A DNA stretch of 59,451 nucleotides, counting the filler, from Ionaspis alba (lineage: Eukaryota): the NCBI GenBank assembly GCA_964255285.1. It is 3 parts of 3 records of this genome, joined end to end, with 100 filler letters (N's around TTAATTAATTAA, not from the genome) between each part and the next. Parts side by side here need not be neighbours in the genome. Positions count along the whole stretch, not along the records: positions 39,742 to 59,451 come from CAXUUL010000260.1; 2 more parts are not named here. One strand, written 5' to 3'. Positions within the stretch are counted from its first letter, which is position 1. The number at the start of each line of letters is the position of its first letter. Position numbers and translations under genes: made by a program. Below the pieces are notes generated by a model that had not been told where the DNA came from, made no database searches, and was given only the letters and a program-made list of their open reading frames with translations. Of the stretch, positions 50,901 through 59,451 are shown piece after piece.

Positions 50901-53673
50901 CACCTTCGAAGTCCTATACCAAAAATCAACGGCTCTCACCCTGGGTCTAAAGAAATGCCGGCACCTGTGGCAGGGTTTGCGGGCAAAGACATCAGGTGGA
51001 GCAATGCGCACCCAGGCACGCCCAAATCACTCTCAGACGTCAAAAAGAACAATCCGGAAACTGGACGTATCACAGGTTCAGATTCAATGGCCGGACCTTC
51101 AGTCAATGGTATCCACCTTGAATTTGGTTCTTTGGATCACTCAGGAGTTCCGAGCGCTGCCCAGTCTCTTCAAAATATTCAACAGAAATCTCGTTCTCTG
51201 CCGGACTCATCTTCTGCAAATACTATCCCTCAAATCCCTGTGTCCAAACCGGTATCCTTAACCAAAGAGCAAATGGCGCGCAAGAGGAATTTCAGTGATA
51301 TAGTAGATCTCACAAACAATTCCGACGAAGAGGATGCTGACTGGCACAAACGTATTCGCCGGGACATGGGAGCTGACGGAGAAGCCGACACTCCGACAGT
51401 ACAGAAACCGAATTCTGACTTGCAATCAGTAGCCAAAGAAAATGAAATCCTAGCATCAGAACGAACGACTATGAATGATCGTTCAGACCTGGGCATGCAC
51501 CACAAAGACCAGCCAAAATACGCTACTGAATCCAAAGCTATAGCTCCTGCGGCTGTCATGAAGGGCAATGTCGACCTTTCTCGTTTCAAAGCAACCGACA
51601 AGGGATCAAGCCCGAAGCGAGAAGCCCTTCGTATGGCGGCGGTCGTGAAACCACTGAACGAGAAATATGCTTTGAGGCGGTCAAAGTATGATATCAAGAC
51701 AATCGCTAGGGACATTTTGATCAGCAAAGGAATTCATCCCGCAGAAAAGCCTCTAAATTGGCACCTGAAACCTCTTCTACAAAATTTCAGTCAGGTCACT
51801 CAGACATCGGATCTCAGCACGTTCAAATGGCATCTTGTTGATCCTGGAGGACCACCACCGAAAGAGGCAGTGACAGTGGACATAGATGATCATGATGCAG
51901 ACGATGAAGCTGACCATCAACTATCACCATCCGCGGCTCGGCAACCTCAGGTTCTCATCACAGCTGACGGGCATACTCAGATGATGGACACCGGTAACTG
52001 CAGATTCTTGATTTCTTGACAGTAGATATGCTGACCCTTTTTTCACAGTCGCGGGTAACAATGCGCCTAAGCCAAAGCTCGCGCCCACTCATGGAAGAGG
52101 TCACGGAGCCAGAGGTCGTGGTGTCTCTCTGATTCGATCGTTCGCTCGTATCAATGGTCTACCAAACGCCGTCAATACCAGTGATAATGAATCAGCAATC
52201 GTCGATATGATGCGTAGTAGTCTTGGCACTCGTGGTCGTCCTCGCGGACGTGCTAGAGGTCGTGGCATATCAATAGCTCGTCATCAGCAATCTGATCGAA
52301 CACGTCCAGATGGACAACCACAAATACCAGTAACAACGGTTCCAAACAATGGCATAAGTCCTCCTAGTATACCGTCTTTCGGCGACAACAGATCAGCCAC
52401 GACGCCTTCAAGGTCAACGGATAGGCAGGCTGATACTCGTGGTAGCACGGACTTATCGCAATTGGGTGCTGGAGCAACCACTACAGGACTATCGGGAAAT
52501 CGAAATACTCCTGCTGGTGGTGTTTCCGGATCTTCTTTTGTCGTCAGAGTCCCTTCTATCGCTCCAGCATCGGCGCAGTCCATCGAAACTCCAACGAAAC
52601 GACGAGGACGTCCACCGGGAAGCACCCAAAAATCCTCCACTTCTGGATCAGAACGATCTCCAAGCGTGAGTACTTCCGGCCAACCCAAAAGACGAGGTCG
52701 ACCCCCTGGTTCCAAGAACGTCAATGCACCGAGACAACCTAGCAGTCTAAGGCATACTGTTCCAGAAGATGGGATTGGTGTCATGGTTCCCTCTTCTTCA
52801 CCCAGTGCGTCTTCACGCTTTCTCCCGTACATTGAACCCGCGAAAGCTGACCCATCAAAGAGGAGGAAACATAAGGCGGCTCGTGTAGCCTCCACCCCTC
52901 GCTATCAGATCTTTGATTGTCGGTGGAAGGATTGCAGGGCTGAGCTTCATAATCTCGAGACTCTCCGCAAGCATGTCTACAAAGTCCATGGTCGACACAA
53001 GAAAGCCTTGCTGGAAGATGAGCCGGACGATAGTGCAAGATCTGAAGACGGTGGTTTGAAATGCTTATGGCAAGGATGTGGCAATAGCGGCAATGTACAA
53101 GTTGTCATAGGAGATTTGTCAGCACCAATCCATTTCGAATTTGAAAGCGAGGAGTCATGGAAGAAGCACATCGAGGATAAGCATTTCGTGCCATTGGCAT
53201 GGGAGCTGGGTGATGGACCGTCCACCCATCCGTCTGGTAATTCCATTTATCCTGATCATATAAACGAGCACTAATAGATTTACGTAGATGTCGAACCTTC
53301 CAGCTATCTCTCCGATTCACAAGGTCGGCAGGTCACCCCTTTAGCTAGGACGCATGGCCCTCCAGACACTTTGCCATTGGGCTCGAGTCCGAGCGTTGTA
53401 CGGGCATACCATAGAGCCCATGGAAACGTCACCGATCTACAGAAAGCTCAAGCGGTGCTCAATAGTCACGGTGCGAGGAAAGAGGCCATTGGCGTGGTGA
53501 TAGAGCGCAAGGGCTGCACTCTTGTCACACCTGGCATGCGATCTCTGCTCAAGGATCAAGACTCTGGTGAGGAAGAAGATGCTGGCGGAGACAAGGACTC
53601 CGATGAGGATTCTAGCGACGAAGAAGCGTCTGATGATACCAAATTGAGAGAGGAACTGGGTCAAAGGGACTGA
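47956..53673 (+). CDS. Large disordered nuclear protein with AT-hooks and C2H2 zinc finger
   Basis: Exons 47956-49422, 49605-51993, 52049-53236 and 53288-53673. AT-hooks GRPRGRPRK, RGRPRG, KRRGRPP x2; finger CRWKDCRAELHNLETLRKHVYKVH; WELGDGP motif. Confidence 0.8.
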
Positions 53674-54203
53674 GCAGCTATCGTAAGCAAACAGATTTAA
53701 AGACTTGGAACTTCGGAACATATTGAAGCCCTCTCGACTTCGTATCGCTAGTCTCTAGCTGGCTAACTCGTGCGTCCTCCAGCAGATAATCGAGAATAGC
53801 CTTCAACGTCTAATGGCTGTTCTGTAGCGGTTGAATTGCAACGCCTGGCTTTCGTCGGTGACTATAATGTGGCGCCTTTGACCCCTATCCCCCCCTCCCC
53901 TCCCGATCTGCTGTGGTAATGTTACCAAGTACGAGCCCTCGAAGGTTTTGCACCCGTAAGAATGCACGAGTCCAATCGCCATATTATTATAGCCGACAAT
54001 GGCTTTAACCTGTATCAGTCCTCAACCCAATCTCTCATGCAGTACCAGAACTTTTGGCTATAAGCATCCTGGAGGTTTTCAACATTCCATCAATTCTCCC
54101 TCTCGTGTTTCCCTCTTCCTCTTCCACGCCATCTCGCACTCCTTCCAGCCCATTACGTGTCATCTTCCTACCGCCCCAACGGACACAGAGGATTTCTCCC
54201 CTA

Positions 54204-54359
54204 CTACTGCGCCTGCTTAGCGCTAGCTTTCTCAGCTCCAATCGAAGAAGTTTTATCATCTATCGCGTTGACTTCGAGGAAGTGATATAGGACGATGAGA
54301 AGCATTGCCAGGGAGCCAAGGAAGACGGCTAAGGAGTAGAGTTGGTTGTCTGATATCAT
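54204..54359 (-). CDS. OST4: Oligosaccharyltransferase subunit Ost4 (51 aa)
   Basis: MISDNQLYSLAVFLGSLAMLLIVLYHFLEVN matches the Ost4 single-transmembrane signature. Confidence 0.92.
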   Translation of the reverse strand: MISDNQLYSLAVFLGSLAMLLIVLYHFLEVNAIDDKTSSIGAEKASAKQAQ

Positions 54360-54962
54360 TCTGGATGTATGTCGAATCCCAGCGCTGGAGGTAAAGCCTC
54401 GTTGAAGATATGACACCGGCGGTGATGACAAGGAGGTGAGACCAATAACGGAGGGTATGAAGATCGTAGAGGATGATTCTGTGGAAGACCGGACTCTAAG
54501 GAGAAAGCTTGATGAAAGGGTGAAAGAGAGTACTAGCAAGTGTCAAGTTAGTCGATGGTCCAGTCCATTAAGGATTTTGATTAGATAGTCACTGATTAAC
54601 AACGTCGTACAAACAGCTTAATGAGCGTTGACTTCTAATTGTGTTGCGGAGCATGCGAAGTATGGAAATCGTGGACAGCTACGTTGCGCCTCGGAGAGGT
54701 TCGCCGCAGATGACGCTAGTAAATCCCACCACAGGTCCGCCCCTCGGGCGCCCCTCCAGCACACTTCGAAGAGTCACATTAATCAGACCAAGCGTGACTT
54801 GACAACTTCAGCGGATTCATCACTGTTTCCAAAACACAGTACCGACTTTTGCTTTGATTTTTCGCGGTACACAGTCACTACAGTCGTCCTCTTGAACTAT
54901 ACGAACAAGCTGCCCATCGAGTCATAATCTCTTAATACTGAAGCCCCAGTGGTTATAGCAAC

Positions 54963-56401
54963 ATGGGTCCCAAGAAAGATGTTAGCAAGGCGAAAGGTTC
55001 CTCCACAAAGGTTGTGGAAGACAAGGCGAGTAGCATTTGGGATTACTATTGAGCTAAAGAGTGATGCTAATATTGTCTACAGACCTTCGGCATGAAAAAT
55101 GTTAGTACCCTAGAAATCCCAGGATCATACTTAGCCTAATGCACCAAGACTCGCTGAGCAAACCCTTCAAGCGTTCATGGTATTGACGGACTTATAGAAA
55201 AAAGGTGGGCAAGCCAAGAAACAAATCGCCCTCATCCAATCTCAAGCCAAAGACGCCAAAACTCCCGAACAGAAGCGCGCCGCAGCAGAGAAGGAACAAC
55301 GTGAGAAAGAGAAGAAGGCAGCTGAAGCGGCGAAACGAGAGGTCGCCGAACTATTCAAACCTGTACAAGTGCAGAAAGTGCCATTCGGGGTAGATCCGAA
55401 GACGGTGGTATGCATATTCTACAAACAAGGCAATTGTGAAAAGGGGAAGAAGTGTAAATTCAGTCATGATTTGAGTGTGGAGAGGAAGGGGGAGAAGAAG
55501 AATCTATATCAAGATACGAGGGATAAGGAGGATGAGGAAGACGAAAAGAAAAAAGATGACATGGCTGATTGGGATGAAGGTATGAACTCTTGCAGAAAAG
55601 TAACTGTGGCGGTCTTCGGATCTGACTTCCCCGCACAGAAAAGCTACGGCAAGTCGTCTTAAGCAAGCACGGAAATCCCAAAACCACGACCGACAAAGTG
55701 TGCAAGTACTTCGTCGAGGCAGTCGAAAATGGCAAATACGGTTGGTTCTGGACTTGTCCGAATGGCGGCGATAAGTGCATGTATAAGCACAGTCTTCCAC
55801 CAGGGTATGTTACGCTCCACTCTTGGTGTTTTCCTCCACTCTTCTAAGCCTAGCCCCCACGCAATCTCAATCGCCTTGAGAGCTCGCTTTAGAGGTAAGG
55901 GCTTCTGACACCTTTTCCAGATTCGTCCTCAAAACAAAAGAACAACGTGCCGCCGAAAAAGCCCTCATGGATAAATCTCCCCTCAAAACCCTCACTCTGG
56001 AAGATTTCCTGGAATCGGAACGACACAAGCTCACCGGCACTCTAACTCCCGTCACACCCGAAACATTCGCTAAATGGAAGAAAGAGAGACTAGATAAGAA
56101 GGCCGCTGAAGAGCAGGCGCGGATAGCAAAGGAAGAGACTGGGAGAGCTATGTTCGAGAAGGGAGGATGGGAGGATAGCGGGAGTGAGGAAGAGAGTGAT
56201 GATGATGATGATGACGATGAGGAGGGAGATGGAGGGTGGGATTTGGAGAGGATGAGGAGGGAGACGGAGAAGGAGAGGGAGAGGAAGGAAGAGGAGAGAC
56301 TTGGTGGTGGTGTTGGTGGTGGTGGGATGACAACAAATGGAGTGGATGATGAGGATGTCGTCGCGAATGGAGTCAATGGAGGTGGCTCCAGAGGTGATTA
56401 G
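54963..56401 (+). CDS. TMA46: Translation machinery-associated protein 46 (ZC3H15/DFRP1)
   Basis: [27 protein letters not shown], two CCCH fingers, [39 protein letters not shown]; four introns. Confidence 0.95.
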
Positions 56402-57143
56402 AGGCTATCCATAACAAGGGTTGCTGTTATATTCACGATTTGATTTAGCGGCATAGGGAATCTGGCTGGGATGGTTATTCATCCCATGCTGATGGATGAG
56501 TTTTGGCTGAGGCGTTGTGGACGATTTACAGATATCGAATTACATACACCTTCGACACATTGTCACTCACCATTTCGACCTTCTCAAACTTTGTTTGAAG
56601 ACCAAGAAGTACTGCATAAGTCTTGCTCATTTTACCATTGTTAGGTGGCTGCTTTAGTTAACCCTATCACGTGGTTTCTGTGATTAACCCTAAGATTCGC
56701 GTAATAGCAATAATGCTTGGCGATGTTTCTCAGACCAATTAGGGCTTTAGTGTCTACTCCACAGCTTCAACCCACTTCTGATACGTTCGACAGCGTCCCT
56801 ACCACGTTCTTCGATCATTAAAGCCACGATAGCGAGCCCAAACAGTACTATCGAAAATTTTGGTCTGTATGCCACAGGCTTCTTTGCATTCACCCTTGAA
56901 CGTTGAGTGGACTTGATTGCTCATCCACTTCAGTCACAGAGATTGGTCTCAACCTGTGTTCAGTGAAGCAAAAGCTTGAGTCATCTGTTGCAATATTCTA
57001 GCGGTAAGATACTACCAACTTTTTATCCTAGAGCACAGCTAATTTGTATCCTTTCTTGAGAAGGCTATACATCCTCGTGTACAAGCTGTCCATAAACCAG
57101 ACGTGGTGAACATTGTACCTCGACCACAAAGAGTGACAGTCGA

Positions 57144-57644
57144 GTGGTCACAAAACCAGTCTACCATCATAGACCAACAGCTCAGGGGTTTAGAAGCAAG
57201 CGAGTAGTCACAACAAAGCCAAAACAAAGGTACGCAGCTTTCTCGCACTGCATAAGAAGGACATTGACACCAGCTTTTTTCTTTAGCACGATCTTCCTCA
57301 CCAGTCACGTCCCACCAATGGAGATCCCCTTCTTAACAAAGGTCTTCAACAAGCAACAATACACTTGGGTGTTTGTTCTGGACTATCACAACCATGTCCC
57401 CTTCATGACCATTGTCTCCTTCATGAAGCAGTGCCCTCAGTTCGAAGGAGTGTTCATGGACTGGAAGTTCGAGGACTTTGCTGAAGCATACAAGGTGTTC
57501 TGGCCTTGGAGCAGGTGGCGCTTGCATGCTAAGCATCTGAAGACGACTGATGTGGAGAGGTATGATATCGAAGCTTATTTTGCTCGATGGTATACTGAGG
57601 TTGAGAATGATGCTCGCAATGGTAGTCGTTGGGCTATTGAGTGA
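57144..57644 (+). CDS. Hypothetical protein or gene relic; 5' end unresolved
   Basis: Protein-like aromatic-rich C-terminal part (MEIPFLTKVF...WAIE) and in-frame intron-like segment 57229-57287. I could not build an uninterrupted upstream model. Confidence 0.4.
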   Translation: MVTKPVYHHRPTAQGFRSKRVVTTKPKQRYAAFSHCIRRTLTPAFFFSTIFLTSHVPPMEIPFLTKVFNKQQYTWVFVLDYHNHVPFMTIVSFMKQCPQFEGVFMDWKFEDFAEAYKVFWPWSRWRLHAKHLKTTDVERYDIEAYFARWYTEVENDARNGSRWAIE

Positions 57645-59451
57645 AGCAACATGCGCGAGAAGAGTCTGCGGGACAAAGCTAGGACTGAGTTGAAGACTTT
57701 GAATGATGAACACGGTCTAGCTAGAAGAGATTGAATGCAAAAGGTGCGTCAGACAAGCATGAGAGTAGGTCGTTGAGAGAATACTCCAGCTTCGTCAGTG
57801 AACAAATTACCTTTCTTTGAGTCTGTGCCATAAAATGACAAAACAAATCCTCTGGGTCTCATGCATTTTCTGCTCGGAAATCTTGAGTGAATCTCAGCAG
57901 AGACGCTCGAGAGCAGAATGAATATCTTGGCCTCCCTCACCTTCTTCTCTTACAAGAGTACTGACTCCCCACAATTGACTTCACCCGCTCGATAACATCT
58001 CCCCATGATATTATCATCCACTCCATCCACCACTATCAGCCAGCACACCAAGCCTGCGTTATAAACAAGACTCAGGAAATCTTACCCAGCCTTCCAAAAA
58101 AACATAACCATACTACTCCTCAAATCCTTCACCCAATGCTTCCATCGTAGACAACCCAGCATCTCCCACAAGCAACTTCTCTTCCCGCACAAACAAATCC
58201 ATCGTCTTCAAAACTCAATTCATCCCTTCGCACGGCCATACCCTAACTAACGCACTTCAACCCAACCCTAACACCACAATCGGGCGTCCATACTCACAAC
58301 TACGCCCATCCCCGCACCTCTCCTTCGATCCACATCCAAGCAGCCATTGCCCTCCTTCACCTCACTCCCTGTCAGCCAATCACACAGCAGGTCGCCAATC
58401 AGGCCGCATACACCCCCGCCACCAAACGCCGCCGTCCTCCTGTTCCTCCAATCACTTCGCCTTGACCTCCTTGCCCAAAAACCCCCGTCGCTCCCTCAGA
58501 CCACCCAGGACTTCCATCCCCGGCGGCGAACGGAGCCCCGATCTGCCGAAAGACTTCAAAGAGTACGTGCGGCTCGCGAGTCGCATGTCGCGAATAAATG
58601 ACCAATCGGTGTCTCAGTCCGCTATTGGTCGATTGGCTTACGAGTCCATACGTACCTGCTCTCAGTGTCCTTCCTTGCTCTTACATACGATGGCGATTGC
58701 GACGGCGAACCAGCGCCCGTCTCGGAGCGACGAAGTCAGCCGATTAGGCCCCCCAACTCGCGATCCTCCTCTGTGTTTTCCAATGGGCGAGTTAACGGGC
58801 TCCGCTGCATTACGACTAACTCCTACGGATTCATTGCGATACTCACCACCCTCTGGCTAGATCCTCCCCATCCGCCTAGTTTAGTAGGACCAGCCAATCA
58901 CCCCCCTCTCGGCACCAAATCACCAAACTACGGGGATTTTTTCGCTGGCACTGGTCTCACGAATCCCGGCTAGCACTCGTGCAACGTGAGCTGGCTCTCT
59001 CGAGCGTGATCTGGCTGCATTGGGCGCAAAACCCCCCCGCTAGAGGCTTCGCTGCTATTGGGTGCGAGGGAGTTGCGGCTTACCTTGTTTATTGTTTATT
59101 GGTACGAGGAGGAAGTAGTTCTGGGAGTTTGGGGATTTTGGAGACGGCGGTGAGAAGGTCGGTGAGTGTGGTGGATAGGTCTGGGTCTTTTGCTGTGGAG
59201 GAAACTCGGTTTGTGGGAGAAGTGGTGAGCTGTGCGCACGGAGTGAGTGAGGAGAGCTGGATACGCAGATAGAGGGAGAGGGAGAGCTGGAGGGGGAAGG
59301 CGATTGCTCCCCAATAGGATTGCGCTGAAAGGCAGCATCATTACTCATGTCAGGGCGCCAAACGCCCAGTTCATCGACGGGGCAGCTGGAGAGGGGAATG
59401 ATTGTCAGGGCCTGTATTCGTTCGCTCGATCGTTCCCTTTTGCTTCTTCGC

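Noticed and set aside
56190..56330. GAT and GGT microsatellite-like runs
   Set aside because: Encode the acidic and Gly-rich tail of Tma46.
58347..59348. Overlapping short ORFs near the right edge
   Set aside because: No recognisable motif or consistent splice model; may be intergenic or UTR.

Overview
Gene-dense window from a filamentous ascomycete (Pezizomycotina-type) nuclear assembly, with short GT-AG introns and CTRAC branch points. Recognisable genes, in order: a TPP1/Est3-like telomere protein (runs off the left edge), FAB1, mitochondrial TyrRS (CYT-18 type), a Sip1/GH36 enzyme, CAC2, complex I 75/78-kDa subunit, a TPT/SLY41-like transporter, an S9-like serine hydrolase, an 8-repeat PUF protein, a PEX39-like KPWE protein, SCD6, an orphan, an acid sphingomyelinase, RPL26, an AT-hook/C2H2 protein, OST4 and TMA46. 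The four 100-nt gaps look like assembly artefacts: two carry a TTAATTAATTAA six-frame-stop linker and two have 55-bp duplicated flanks. I see no transposon, CRISPR array, rRNA or tRNA, and no clear new multi-gene system. The best unexplained signals are a spliced Cys-rich microprotein and a C/D-box-like structured RNA candidate in the gene-poor 39.7-46.9 kb block, and a telomere-repeat/CACGTG cluster at 56.7 kb. All family calls come from recalled motifs; no database search was run.
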